Shown in pieces: positions 36,925 through 47,187 of a stretch of DNA of 64,000 nucleotides (within the stretch, counting starts at the first letter, position 1; each line of letters starts with the position of its first letter). Source of the stretch: Minisyncoccota bacterium (GTDB taxonomy: Bacteria > Patescibacteriota > Minisyncoccia > Phycocordibacterales > JBAYGS01); the NCBI GenBank assembly GCA_041666545.1, contig JBAYGS010000002.1, positions 6,065 through 70,064 of the forward strand, in the 5' to 3' direction. The notes beneath the pieces were generated by a model, which saw only the letters and a program-made list of their open reading frames with translations, had not been told where the DNA came from and did not search any database. The translations under genes and the position numbers were made by a program.

Positions 36925-36984
36925 TGAATAAAAGCCAATTTTGAAGTATCTTTCTATTATCTGAAAAGGGTTTGTGCCTAAAGC

Positions 36985-37055
36985 TGCGGGATCATCTAAT
37001 GGTAGGATGCGACCCTCTGGAGGTTGTCATCTTGGTTCGAGTCCAAGTCCCGCAG
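36985..37055 (+). tRNA. tRNA-Gln (CTG)
   Basis: TGCGGGA/TCCCGCA acceptor, CGACC-CTCTGGA-GGTTG, T loop TTCGAGT. Confidence 0.92.
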
Positions 37056-37090
37056 CTTTGGGTGGAAATTGTGATTAATCTCATTAATTT

Positions 37091-37621
37091 ATGACAACGA
37101 TAATTTTTGAAGCGCACGGAACAACCTTTGATAATGAAGCCCATTTGGCTTCTGGGCATAATGATGTGGCCCTTTCGCCACTCGGTATTCAGCAGTCAAA
37201 AGAAATGGGGGAAAGGTACAAGGACGATCATTTTGATGCGATATTTTGTTCAGATTTGCAGCGGGCGTACAAAAGTGCAGAGATTGGTTTTGGTAGCAAG
37301 TGGCAAATTATAAAAGATGCTAGACTCCGCGAGTGTAATTATGGTGATTTAACCCAACACCCCGGTGAAGAGGTTGGTAAGGAGAAACCCCTTAGAATTA
37401 AAACTGCTTTCCCTGGTGGCGAAAGTTACGAGCAAACGACGGCGCGAATGAAATCATTTCTTGAGGATCTCTCAAGGAATTATCCCGGAAAGAGAGTCAT
37501 GATTATCGGTCACAGGGCGACACAGTATGGTTTGGAAAATCTAATAAACCATGTCCCACTTGAGAAACTTGTGGCCGCCGATTTTAAATGGCAGCCTGGC
37601 TGGAAGTATGTGCTAAGGTAA
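37091..37621 (+). CDS. Histidine phosphatase family (AHG variant)
   Basis: FEAHGTT, SDLQRA, LRECNYG, PGGES, IGH. Confidence 0.85.
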   Translation: MTTIIFEAHGTTFDNEAHLASGHNDVALSPLGIQQSKEMGERYKDDHFDAIFCSDLQRAYKSAEIGFGSKWQIIKDARLRECNYGDLTQHPGEEVGKEKPLRIKTAFPGGESYEQTTARMKSFLEDLSRNYPGKRVMIIGHRATQYGLENLINHVPLEKLVAADFKWQPGWKYVLR

Positions 37622-37704
37622 AATTATAATAGTGAGATTAAACCTTGCCGAGCTGGGACCTAAATCTCGCGGAGTTTTACAAAAAGTGATAACATTGTGG
37701 AATC

Positions 37705-38085
37705 ATGAGCGAAAAGGAAATTTGGCAATATTGTTGGGACAGAAAAGTTTCTCACTCACGACCCTTGGATAGAGATTTTATCTGGGTCACTAAAGAAGAT
37801 TTCAGTTCGGTAGAGAACCATTTCACTAAAGATATTAATTTCTTGCATTACGGCAAGAGCCAGCGGTCTCGCGGTTTATTTTTTCATCTTCACGCTGTTG
37901 TTCAGGACGACCATGTTTTTATTCATCGAGATAACGGCAATCTGGCCCGGTTTTTACCGCTAGGTTTGATCCACCTGCTACTTGATGTGGTGCCCTATGT
38001 CATATTTTCTCAAGTGAAGAGAGTCCCGATGAGATTAATTTTTGCTCGTCCGAAAACTGAATCGATCAATGAAACTGAAGAATGA
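37705..38085 (+). CDS. Hypothetical protein
   Basis: 126-aa ORF; HLH..H.D.GN and IHLLLDV. Confidence 0.5.
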   Translation: MSEKEIWQYCWDRKVSHSRPLDRDFIWVTKEDFSSVENHFTKDINFLHYGKSQRSRGLFFHLHAVVQDDHVFIHRDNGNLARFLPLGLIHLLLDVVPYVIFSQVKRVPMRLIFARPKTESINETEE

Positions 38086-38362
38086 TAGATATAAAAAGGT
38101 CAGGGGCGGGTACTCCCGCCTTTTGCAAATTGGTTGCCAGAAATGTGGCGAAGTCATTTGCTTGTACCAAAAAGATGGGCCGGGTAATCTCCGCCGGATG
38201 TATCTGGACCGCATAATCGAACCGGCCGTTTCTCTTTCAAGGAAGGATTTATCTTGCCAGAAAGGCCATCTGCTTGGAGTAAAGATAATTTATGACAAGG
38301 AAAAGCGTCCAGCCTTCAGACTTTTTGTTGATTCGGTGACAAAGAAGATAGTTAAAATTTAA
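38069..38362 (+). CDS. Small putative zinc-binding protein
   Basis: CQKC...YQKDGPG.LRRMY.DRI...C..GH. Confidence 0.6.
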   Translation: MKLKNDRYKKVRGGYSRLLQIGCQKCGEVICLYQKDGPGNLRRMYLDRIIEPAVSLSRKDLSCQKGHLLGVKIIYDKEKRPAFRLFVDSVTKKIVKI

Positions 38363-38514
38363 ATTATTAACTTTTAGCCAGGTCTCATAATTACTAAATA
38401 TCAACTAATCTCTATTGCAGTGTTTTGCAAAACACTGCAATAGAGAAGCGCGTGCTTTTTGTGTCGCTACACTGCTGTTTTAAGGACACCACAGAATGGG
38501 CTATAATACTTGGT

Positions 38515-39141
38515 ATGAAACTATTTCTCGCCTCATCGTTAAACGAAAGTGCAGTCCTCTTGCCCAAAGTTTTACATTTGGACTTGAATGGTAAGAAGGT
38601 TTTGTTTAGCGCCAATGCGGCCGATGACTATAAAACCGATAAATGGTGGGTTAGGGCAGATCGGGAAGCTTTTATTAAACTTGGTGCTGAAGTCGTTGAT
38701 ATAGATTTTCGCTCGCTAAGTCGGGATGATTTTCTTGCGCACCTAAAAGGCTCTTTTGCGATTCACTTTTGTGGTGGTAGTGTCTTATATCTGATTTCTT
38801 TGCTCAAGGAAAAAGATTTTGTTGGTTTGTTAGTCGACGCAGTGAAGAAGGAAAAGATTATTTACTCTGGCACCAGTGCGGGTTCAATGATTGTTTCTAA
38901 AGATTTAATTTTGTCTAAGCTCGACTCGGATGAGAAGGCATATCTAGACAGGGTTAAGGATTATTCCGGTCTGGGGCTTGTAGATTTTATGGTTATTCCA
39001 CATACCGATAATGCCAGTTTTGCCGAATCAAATGCAGAAATGGTTAAGGCTTTGCCCGAATATCCTCAAGCTCTCATTTTGTTAAATGATAAGCAAGTGG
39101 CCTGGGTCCAAGACGGTAAGGTTGAAATTTTGTCGGCTTGA
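38515..39141 (+). CDS. Peptidase S51 (dipeptidase E-like)
   Basis: LFLAS, CGGS, GTSAGS, GLGLVDF.VIPH. Confidence 0.88.
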   Translation: MKLFLASSLNESAVLLPKVLHLDLNGKKVLFSANAADDYKTDKWWVRADREAFIKLGAEVVDIDFRSLSRDDFLAHLKGSFAIHFCGGSVLYLISLLKEKDFVGLLVDAVKKEKIIYSGTSAGSMIVSKDLILSKLDSDEKAYLDRVKDYSGLGLVDFMVIPHTDNASFAESNAEMVKALPEYPQALILLNDKQVAWVQDGKVEILSA

Positions 39142-39184
39142 TCAAGTATTCAATGCGGTCACCTGATGGGCTATAATACCTGGT

Positions 39185-39937
39185 ATGAAGCCTAATCTGG
39201 AAATTGTCGCTTTTGATTTGGATGACACCTTAACCTTGAGTCGTGCACCACTTGATGAAGAGATGGCCGAGCTTTTGTGTCGGCTTTTGGCAATTAAGAA
39301 GGTAGCGGTGATTTCCGGCGCGTCTTTCGAGCAATTCAAAAAGCAATTTATCGGGCGACTGACTTGTGTTGATCTAAATTTGAAAAATTTGCTGATTCTA
39401 CCGACGAGTGGTGCCAGTCTCTATGGCTATGATGGCGAATGGAAGCAAATTTATTCTCACAATCTTTCCGAAGCAGAAAGGCAAAAGATTTTTTCCGCTT
39501 TCGATCAGGTTTTCAAGGACACCAATTTTGAAATGCCGGAAAAGATTTATGGCGCCTTGGTAGAGGATCGTGGTTCGCAGGTGACTTTCTCCGGTTTGGG
39601 AAGTGAGGCACCACTAACTTTGAAGACATCTTGGGACCCAACTCATGAAAGACGGAAAAAGTTGGCCGAAGCCTTGAAGAAATACTTGCCGGATTTTGCC
39701 GTGAGTATCGGCGGGGCGACTTCTATTGATGTGACAAAAAGGGGGATTGATAAGGCCTACGGCTTACAACAACTCCTCGGGTACGCTCATTTAAAGCCGG
39801 AAAATCTGCTTTATGTTGGAGATGCCTTGTTTCCGGGTGGCAACGACGCTTCGGTTTTAGGTCTTGGGGTAGAGGTGGCTTCGGTTGGTGAGCCCGGTCT
39901 TGAGGATACCAAGCAGTTAATCACCAGTCTCTTGTAG
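39185..39937 (+). CDS. HAD-IIB hydrolase, phosphomannomutase-like
   Basis: FDLDDTL, ISG, EDRGSQ.TFS, IGG.TSIDV, GIDKAYG, VGDALFPGGND. Confidence 0.85.
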   Translation: MKPNLEIVAFDLDDTLTLSRAPLDEEMAELLCRLLAIKKVAVISGASFEQFKKQFIGRLTCVDLNLKNLLILPTSGASLYGYDGEWKQIYSHNLSEAERQKIFSAFDQVFKDTNFEMPEKIYGALVEDRGSQVTFSGLGSEAPLTLKTSWDPTHERRKKLAEALKKYLPDFAVSIGGATSIDVTKRGIDKAYGLQQLLGYAHLKPENLLYVGDALFPGGNDASVLGLGVEVASVGEPGLEDTKQLITSLL

Positions 39938-40013
39938 ACACTGACAAAACAAGAGAGGTATAATGGTAAGGATTTTCTCCTGAGACTTGATTTGCAGGAG
40001 CCTAAATTTATCA

Positions 40014-40355
40014 ATGACACCTTTTACAGAAAAGCGTCCTTGGGGCGAGTTTCGACAGTTTACATTAAATGAGCCGGTGACGGTTAAAACCATTTTGGTT
40101 AAAAAGGGTGAGGCTTTAAGTTTGCAGAACCATCACCTAAGAACCGAATTTTGGAAAATAATTTCTGGCCATCCCGAGGTGACTATCGGTGAAAAAATCT
40201 TTTCAGCCAAAGCTGGTGACGAATTTACCGTGGGGATTAAGACTAATCACAAAATTGAGGCACCTAAAGACGAAGTTTTGTTGTTGGAGATTTCAAGTGG
40301 GGAATTCAAAGAGGACGATATTGTCCGCTTGAGTGACAAATATGGCCGGGCATAA
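40014..40355 (+). CDS. Mannose-6-phosphate isomerase type II-like cupin
   Basis: EKRPWG, LSLQ.H..R.E.W, EDDIVRLSDKYGR. Confidence 0.88.
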   Translation: MTPFTEKRPWGEFRQFTLNEPVTVKTILVKKGEALSLQNHHLRTEFWKIISGHPEVTIGEKIFSAKAGDEFTVGIKTNHKIEAPKDEVLLLEISSGEFKEDDIVRLSDKYGRA

Positions 40356-40364
40356 GAGGATTCG

Positions 40365-42251
40365 ATGTTCAAAACAATTTTAAAAAAATTTGATGGTGAT
40401 TCCCAAAGGAAGCCATTAGTTGTCGGCAATCACGGCAAAGGGTTCTTCATGCTGGCTCTCGAACATTCAAAATCTAAAGCGGAATTGGTAAAAATTACAA
40501 GCAAGGACGGAGTTGATTTTTCGGGGGCCGCGAAGCCGGTTTCCATCACCCATAAGAGGCAAAAGGTAAATGTTCTAAAATGTGATAATTTTCGTTTGTT
40601 TTGTCACGGCGCAGAAACTTTCTTGACTTACACCAAGACTGATGCCCGAGGTATTAAATCGTACTATGCGGCCTCCAAAGATTTTATAAAATGGCGGGTA
40701 ATTGGGGAGACTTCCGGCTTGCACAGTTCGGCCCTTTTTGTGCCGAAGTCAATCCAAAAAAGCTTGCCGGCCATTTATTTTGGCAGTGAGCGGGTTCGGG
40801 TGGCAACTCTGGACAATCAAAAGAAGTGGAAGGTCACCGAACCTTTCCGGGTGCCGAGCTGGCATTTCTTTGAGAATGCGCCCTTTCGGATAATTGGCGG
40901 TTATCCGGCTAAGGACGGGACAGTCATATTTTTTGAGGCCCAAATCGTAGCCGATATTTTTCATGACTCAAGCTTGCGCGACGAAAAGGTGGGCGAGGAA
41001 TGTTATCTCAAAATTGGGATGGCGATTTTTGCCAAACATGATCCCGTTCAGCTGTTGTGGCAGACTGAGCTGCCTTTAATCGAGTTGCCACTTGAGTCTG
41101 GGGCCAAGATGTCGGTGATAAGTGTGGTACCGATTAAAAGCAAGCACAAGGTTTTCTTTCGATTTTATACAGCTATAGCTGATGGGAAGATTGGCTTTTT
41201 CGAGTTTGATGAAGATGTAATCAGTGACCACCTGAATCGCAAGCCGACTGCCCTTTTGAAATCGCATAAAAATCCGATTTTGCGCCCGACTGCCCACAAT
41301 TGGGAAAGCGAAGGCGCCTTTAACCCGGCAGCTTTGCATTTGGATGATAAAGTTTATTTGTTATATCGAGCCGTTGGCAATGATGGCTGGTCGCGAATTG
41401 GTTATGCTTCGAGCCAAGACGGCGTTAATTTTTCCGAGCGTCTGGCAAAGCCGATTTATAATTTACATGACCAGTTTAATATCGATAGGTCGAAAGGTTT
41501 TGATCAGGGGCTGTTTCACTCGGGGGGCAGTTGGGGAGGTTGCGAAGATCCGAAGCTCACACGGATTGGTGATCGAATCTATTTAACTTTTGTGGCGCAT
41601 ACCGGTTCGTGGCCGACGAGAACCGCGCTGACTTCGATTTCAGTTTCTGATTTCAAAGCCAAGCGTTGGCGCTGGGTGAGGCCGATGCTGATGTCAGCCC
41701 CGAATGTTGGCAGTAAAAGTGTGGTCATTTTGCCGGAGAAGGTGAACGGCAACTACATTGTCTTTCATCGAGTTTGGCCAAACATTGTCGTCGATGCCGT
41801 GCCCGAGCTTGAGTTTGGCGTCAATAAGAGGTGGCTTCAGAGCAAGCATTTTATTCGTCCGCGAAAGTCTTTTTGGGATAGTCAAAAGTTATCGATGGGC
41901 GCGGCACCAATCAAGACTCCGAGAGGTTGGCTGGCGATTTACAACGCGGTTGATCGGCGCGATTCTTCCAAGTATAAGATTGGGGCGATGCTTCTGGATT
42001 TGCTCAATCCGGCCAAGGTTATTGCTCGTAGCCGTCGTCCGATTCTTTCGCCGGATCTTTGGTATGAAAATGATGGCAAGCCAGGTGTCGCTTATCCCGG
42101 TGGGGCAGTCGAGATCAATGGAATGCTCCATGTCTATTATGGCGGCGCTGATAAAGTTAGTTGCCTGGCCACCATCAAAACAGCCGATTTGGTTTCGGAT
42201 CTGTTGAAAGATCGAATGCCGGAGTTTAAGATTAAGCCGATCAGTTTGTAA
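40365..42251 (+). CDS. GH130-family glycosidase/phosphorylase with degenerate N-terminal repeat
   Basis: NPILRP, AFNPAA, LYRA, GCEDPKL, HR, YKIGAMLLD, YYGGAD. Confidence 0.85.
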   Translation: MFKTILKKFDGDSQRKPLVVGNHGKGFFMLALEHSKSKAELVKITSKDGVDFSGAAKPVSITHKRQKVNVLKCDNFRLFCHGAETFLTYTKTDARGIKSYYAASKDFIKWRVIGETSGLHSSALFVPKSIQKSLPAIYFGSERVRVATLDNQKKWKVTEPFRVPSWHFFENAPFRIIGGYPAKDGTVIFFEAQIVADIFHDSSLRDEKVGEECYLKIGMAIFAKHDPVQLLWQTELPLIELPLESGAKMSVISVVPIKSKHKVFFRFYTAIADGKIGFFEFDEDVISDHLNRKPTALLKSHKNPILRPTAHNWESEGAFNPAALHLDDKVYLLYRAVGNDGWSRIGYASSQDGVNFSERLAKPIYNLHDQFNIDRSKGFDQGLFHSGGSWGGCEDPKLTRIGDRIYLTFVAHTGSWPTRTALTSISVSDFKAKRWRWVRPMLMSAPNVGSKSVVILPEKVNGNYIVFHRVWPNIVVDAVPELEFGVNKRWLQSKHFIRPRKSFWDSQKLSMGAAPIKTPRGWLAIYNAVDRRDSSKYKIGAMLLDLLNPAKVIARSRRPILSPDLWYENDGKPGVAYPGGAVEINGMLHVYYGGADKVSCLATIKTADLVSDLLKDRMPEFKIKPISL

Positions 42252-42272
42252 TCAATAAAATAATCTACTTCA

Positions 42273-44225
42273 ATGTTTGTTGCTAAACGATCGCACCACA
42301 ATCCGATTTTAGTTCCTGACCGAGATCACTTTTGGGAATCCACGGCGGCTTTTAATATGTGTCCGGTGAAATGTGGCAGTAAGACACTCGGCCTGTTTCG
42401 GGCGATTTCCGGCATCGACAATTTGGTTGAGCCGCACCAGATGTCGACGATTGGCATTGCCGAGAGTACTGACGGCGATCATTTTGACAAGCGGGCGCAA
42501 TTTATCACCCCGGAAGCTGAATGGGAAAAATTTGGCTGTGAAGATCCACGAGTCACTTTTTTTGAGGGCAAGTATTACATTTTTTATACGGCCCTTTCAA
42601 CCTATCCTTTCTCGGCGAGTGGCATTAAGGTGGCGGTGGCGGTCTCGACTGATTTGAAGAAGGTCTCTGAGCGACATTTGGTGACGCCTTTCAACGCTAA
42701 GGCCATGACGCTTTTTCCAAAGCGGATTAACGGCAAGGTCACGGTAATTTTCAGCATCAACACCGATGCACCGCCGGCTAAAATAGCGATTGCTCAAGCT
42801 GATTCGATAGAGGAGTTCTGGTCACCGGAATTTTGGGAGAAGTGGAGGCTTAGCACTGGCATAAATTATCTCGATCCACGCCGCAATGAATTTGATCATG
42901 TGGAGATCGGCGCTCCGCCCCTTGAAACCAAATGTGGCTGGCTCTTGATTTATTCTCACATCCAAAACTATTTCCCCAACCCGGATCATTTTGATCGGGC
43001 TTTCGGTATTGAGGCGCTTTTGCTTGATATCAATGAACCGCACAAAATTATTGGGCGCACCAGCGGACCAATCTTGGTTCCGGAAGAGCCCTATGAGCTT
43101 TTGGGTTTTGTCGCCAATGTAATCTTTCCAACGGGGGCAATGATTGAGAAGGATACCCTCAATATTTATTACGGCGCCGCCGATACAACCGCTTGCCGAG
43201 CTTCGGTGAGTTTCCCCGATCTTTTGGCTAGTATTCGGCCGGAGACGACGAACGATTGGCGATTGAAGCGCTATCAAGATAATCCGATTCTAGCTTCTAA
43301 TACTGGTAATGTCTGGGAAGATAAGGCTGTCTTCAATCCGGGAGTTTTGGATTTGGACGGTAAAATCCATATTTTGTATCGCGCCCTTTCCAATGATAAT
43401 ACTTCGACGATTGGTTACGCTTCGACGGTTGATGGATTTACGATTAGAGAGAGACTAAGCGCGCCGGCCTATTTGCCTCGTGAAGCCTTTGAAATGAAAA
43501 AAATTGCGAATGCCAACTCGGGTTGTGAAGATCCGCGCCTCACTAAAATCGGCAAAGAAATCTATATGTGCTACACCGCTTTCGATGGTATCGGCCCGCC
43601 ACGGGTCGCGGTCACTTCAATTTCCGAAAAGGATTTTCTTGATAAGAAGTGGAACTGGAAGATGCCGGTTTTGATTACCCCTAAAGACATTGATGACAAG
43701 GACGCCTGTCTTTTCCCGGATAAAGTTGACGGTAAATATTTTATTTTGCATCGCGTCGGCAGTGACATTTGTGGCGACTATTTAAACTCTTTAAGTTTTA
43801 AAACCGAGAAAGTCGACAAGTGTATTCGGGTCCTTGGTCCGCGAGTAGGCACTTGGGATAGTGCCAAAGTCGGCATCGGCGGTCCGCCGATTAAAACGCC
43901 CAAAGGCTGGCTTCTGCTTTACCATGCAGTCTCAAAAAATCACCACACTTATAGAATCGGCGCGGTTCTGCTCGATTTGAAGGATCCGACCGATGTTTTG
44001 GCTCGTTCGACTGATCCGATTTTTGAGCCGGTGGAAATGTATGAAAAATTTGGCTTGGTCAATAATGTGGTTTTCACCTGTGGAATGGCGATTAAAGGTG
44101 GCACGCTTTATGTTTATTACGGCGGGGGAGACAAAGTTGTGGGAGTGGCGACAATGAAATTAAAAATTTTGCTTGATGCTTTGGTGCGGGGTTCTAAACT
44201 ATCTTTTACCGGACACTGGTATTAA
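42273..44225 (+). CDS. Tandem two-domain GH130-family glycosidase/phosphorylase
   Basis: Two copies of NPIL..FN..R..GCEDPR..YTA..YYG.[AG]D. Confidence 0.88.
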   Translation: MFVAKRSHHNPILVPDRDHFWESTAAFNMCPVKCGSKTLGLFRAISGIDNLVEPHQMSTIGIAESTDGDHFDKRAQFITPEAEWEKFGCEDPRVTFFEGKYYIFYTALSTYPFSASGIKVAVAVSTDLKKVSERHLVTPFNAKAMTLFPKRINGKVTVIFSINTDAPPAKIAIAQADSIEEFWSPEFWEKWRLSTGINYLDPRRNEFDHVEIGAPPLETKCGWLLIYSHIQNYFPNPDHFDRAFGIEALLLDINEPHKIIGRTSGPILVPEEPYELLGFVANVIFPTGAMIEKDTLNIYYGAADTTACRASVSFPDLLASIRPETTNDWRLKRYQDNPILASNTGNVWEDKAVFNPGVLDLDGKIHILYRALSNDNTSTIGYASTVDGFTIRERLSAPAYLPREAFEMKKIANANSGCEDPRLTKIGKEIYMCYTAFDGIGPPRVAVTSISEKDFLDKKWNWKMPVLITPKDIDDKDACLFPDKVDGKYFILHRVGSDICGDYLNSLSFKTEKVDKCIRVLGPRVGTWDSAKVGIGGPPIKTPKGWLLLYHAVSKNHHTYRIGAVLLDLKDPTDVLARSTDPIFEPVEMYEKFGLVNNVVFTCGMAIKGGTLYVYYGGGDKVVGVATMKLKILLDALVRGSKLSFTGHWY

Positions 44226-44231
44226 GGGACT

Positions 44232-44486
44232 ATGTATTTTCTTTATATTCTTGAATGTGGTGATCATTCTCTCTACACCGGGATAACCACTGACCTAAAA
44301 CGCCGGTTTAAAGAGCATCAAAATAAACAAGGCGGGCATTACACCCGCGCCAGAAAAGTCTTGCGAGTTGTGTATACTGAAAGCTATAAAGACCGTTCGT
44401 CAGCCTCGAAAAGAGAATTGGAAGTCAAGGGATGGAAAAGAAGCAAAAAGCTTGAATTGGCTAAACTGGCAAAACGAAATCACTAA
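44232..44486 (+). CDS. GIY-YIG nuclease family protein
   Basis: YILEC.D.SLYTGITTD..RR..EH, KRE..VK. Confidence 0.9.
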   Translation: MYFLYILECGDHSLYTGITTDLKRRFKEHQNKQGGHYTRARKVLRVVYTESYKDRSSASKRELEVKGWKRSKKLELAKLAKRNH

Positions 44487-44612
44487 TACAGCTAAATACT
44501 GAGGCCAGCAGGCTGAACGTGTCAGAGATTAAAAGTTGGCCCAGAAAAAGTAAATTGGAGCTAATCAAATCTTGTCATAGATGATAAGGTCAAATTTTGT
44601 TATAATTTAGTA

Positions 44613-44945
44613 ATGAATATATTCAATCCACATGAGCAAGCACAAGAAAAGATTCCCACAAATGGGGAGGTTTTAGGAGTCATTATGCGACAGGCCGAAA
44701 AAGCTGTGGTTGTCCGTGAGTTGTCTGACGAGCAAGGTCTCTATTTTCTTGAGGCAGAAGTAAAAGGTGAGAAATTGGGAGAAATCACCCGATATGAATA
44801 CTGTAGAAAAGGGCATTTCCCGGACGGTAATAAGTCAACAGGAACTGTAATTCACGTTGTGTTTTATGAAGGCGACACGGCGGTTGGTGGTCACAATATT
44901 GCCGACTTTAATTCAGAGACAGGAGAATGGAAGTATACAACATAA
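44613..44945 (+). CDS. Hypothetical protein
   Basis: 110-aa ORF, TATAAT close before ATG. Confidence 0.55.
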   Translation: MNIFNPHEQAQEKIPTNGEVLGVIMRQAEKAVVVRELSDEQGLYFLEAEVKGEKLGEITRYEYCRKGHFPDGNKSTGTVIHVVFYEGDTAVGGHNIADFNSETGEWKYTT

Positions 44946-44955
44946 GAGCGAAATC

Positions 44956-45102
44956 ATGGCCAAAATCAAATTTGCCAATTTTGCGGTATTTATAATTTTT
45001 TTTGGGGTTGCCTTTGTTGAAGCAATTCAAGAAAATAATTGGCTAGAGGCGAGTCTTTTTATGCTACTCGGCGTAATATCTTTTCGGGCTGATTTTCGGT
45101 AG
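44956..45102 (+). CDS. Small two-TM protein
   Basis: MAKIKFANFAVFIIFFG...; ATG 11 nt after the previous stop. Confidence 0.5.
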   Translation: MAKIKFANFAVFIIFFGVAFVEAIQENNWLEASLFMLLGVISFRADFR

Positions 45103-45192
45103 ACAGTGGTTAATCTATAAATGAAGGACTGCGGGCAGTACTTACACCAGGTGCTTTACATATTATTAATTGTGTGCTAGTCTGGTTTCAGA

Positions 45193-45660
45193 ATGAAAAC
45201 CAAGCTAGTTCCTACCATTGAAGACGCAATTGCTTTTGCGGCTCTGAAGCACAAGGGCGCCAAGGATCGAATCGGAGAACCATACATCCTGCATCCTTTG
45301 AGTGTGATGCAGCGAATGAAGACCGAAACTGAACGTATTGTTGCGGCCCTTCACGATGTGGTCGAAGATTGTGGAGTTTCTATCGAAGAACTCCGCGCGC
45401 TCGGCTACAGCGAGGAGGTTTTGGAAGCGCTCAGTTTTGTGACCAAACGTCCCGAGGAGCTCGACGATTATCCGGTTTTTATTGGTCGAATCAAAAACGG
45501 CCCGACTCTCGCTATCAAAGTGAAGTTGGCCGATTTGGCCGACAACACTGACCCGAATCGTCGGACAGTCGATGGTGAAGCGACTCGGGCGAGGATGGAA
45601 AAGTACCGTCAAGCTATCCAGGTCTTGGAGCACGAGCTCGTTTTAAGGGGTGAGTTCTGA
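45193..45660 (+). CDS. HD-domain protein, Mesh1/small alarmone hydrolase-like
   Basis: H.G..D..GEPYILHP, AALHDVVED, VKLADL.DN. Confidence 0.85.
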   Translation: MKTKLVPTIEDAIAFAALKHKGAKDRIGEPYILHPLSVMQRMKTETERIVAALHDVVEDCGVSIEELRALGYSEEVLEALSFVTKRPEELDDYPVFIGRIKNGPTLAIKVKLADLADNTDPNRRTVDGEATRARMEKYRQAIQVLEHELVLRGEF

Positions 45661-45740
45661 AGATGTAAATAAACAACTCGACGCCGAAAGGTGTCGAGTT
45701 TTTAATTGCAGAATAAGCCTGCCGGCCCTATCATTAAGGT

Positions 45741-47138
45741 ATGAATGATTTTCCTGCTCCTTCGGAAAAAGAATTACCCCGCCCGCCCGGCTTAAGGCAC
45801 GCGATCGGTGTTGGTATTGTAGTGGTTGGAATGGCAATGGGCACCGGCGAACTGATTATGTGGCCCCACTTGGTCACTCGTTATGGTTTGGTAATTCTTT
45901 GGTTTGCGCTCGTCGGTATCACGATTCAATATTTTATTAATCAGGAAGTGGCTAGGCACACATTGGCGACCGGTGAAAGTTTCTTCACCTCTTCAGCGCG
46001 AGTTTTGCGTTATTCGCCGATTTTCTGGTTAGGTGCGGCGGTCTTGCTTTACATTTGGCCGGCGTGGGCGACTGCTCTGGGTACGATTTTAGCCAAGCTT
46101 TTTGGTTTCGGTGGTTATCTGTTTTGGGCCTGGGCCTCGCTTCTTTTAGTGTTAATTATCACTTTCTCTGGAAAAGTCGCCTATCGTGTTCTTGAACGGT
46201 CCCTTAAGATTACTGTGCCGGTATTTTTTGTTTTGCTGGTAATCATCAGCTTCAAAAATCTTAATTCAGAAATCATCTCGGACGCGGTACGGGGTCTCTT
46301 TAATTTTGGTTATGTACCGGCCAATGTTGATTGGTCAGTACTTTTGGGTGCGATTGTTTTTGCTGGTGCTGGTGGAATGTTGAATCTTTGCGTTTCGCTT
46401 TGGTATCGAGATAAGCAACTTGGGATGTCGCATTATATTGGCCGAATCGCTAATCCGATTTCGGGGTTGCCGGAAGCGGTTTCGGTCACTGGGCACTATT
46501 TTACCGATAGTCAGGAAAATCTTTCTCGGTGGAGGGGTTGGATGAATTATGTGCGGATTGATCAAGGTCTAATCTTTTGGTTTTTGGGCCTTTTAACTTT
46601 ATTTCTACTTTCGGTTAACGCCTATGCCGTGCTTTCGCCTTTAGGAATTGTTCCGGCCGGTCTCGATTTGGTCTCAGCCCAGGCGCGGATTTTCTCTGAC
46701 AGTTGGGGATCAATCGGGGAAAAGCTTTATCTGGTGATGGCTTACCTGATGCTTTTTTCGGTGATGTGGACGGTGCTCGATGCCTTGACCAGAATTGTTT
46801 CTGATATTATTCACACAAACTCTCGGGCCGGCAAATTGGTGGCAATTTTCAAATCAGCCGAAAGATTTTCGATTCACCATTTATATTACGGTCTTATGGT
46901 AGTGTTCGTATTTTTGAGTGCTATCTTGGTGCCGTTTCAGCAACCATTTGTTTTCTTAGTGATTACCTCGGTTTTGGGAGGTTTGGTCACAGCGCTCTAT
47001 ATTCCACTCTTGCTTTATTTGAATAACCGCAAACTTCACAAAAGTCTCCGGCCGAGCTGGGGGACAAATCTGGTTTTAGTTTTGAGCGCAATTTTCTATT
47101 GGTACTTTGTTTACAACGTTATTTCCAGTTTGTTCTAA
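45741..47138 (+). CDS. Nramp/APC-superfamily transporter
   Basis: GVGIVV..MAMGTGELI.WP, QE..R.TL.TGE, many TMs. Confidence 0.8.
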   Translation: MNDFPAPSEKELPRPPGLRHAIGVGIVVVGMAMGTGELIMWPHLVTRYGLVILWFALVGITIQYFINQEVARHTLATGESFFTSSARVLRYSPIFWLGAAVLLYIWPAWATALGTILAKLFGFGGYLFWAWASLLLVLIITFSGKVAYRVLERSLKITVPVFFVLLVIISFKNLNSEIISDAVRGLFNFGYVPANVDWSVLLGAIVFAGAGGMLNLCVSLWYRDKQLGMSHYIGRIANPISGLPEAVSVTGHYFTDSQENLSRWRGWMNYVRIDQGLIFWFLGLLTLFLLSVNAYAVLSPLGIVPAGLDLVSAQARIFSDSWGSIGEKLYLVMAYLMLFSVMWTVLDALTRIVSDIIHTNSRAGKLVAIFKSAERFSIHHLYYGLMVVFVFLSAILVPFQQPFVFLVITSVLGGLVTALYIPLLLYLNNRKLHKSLRPSWGTNLVLVLSAIFYWYFVYNVISSLF

Positions 47139-47187
47139 AAGATGTAAGACCACAAATGGCGCAAGCGCTCCATGCTATAATTTGGAA

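Noticed and set aside
44232-44486. GIY-YIG gene as a homing endonuclease
   Set aside because: Stand-alone 84-aa catalytic domain of the common small GIY-YIG type; no DNA-binding extension or intron context
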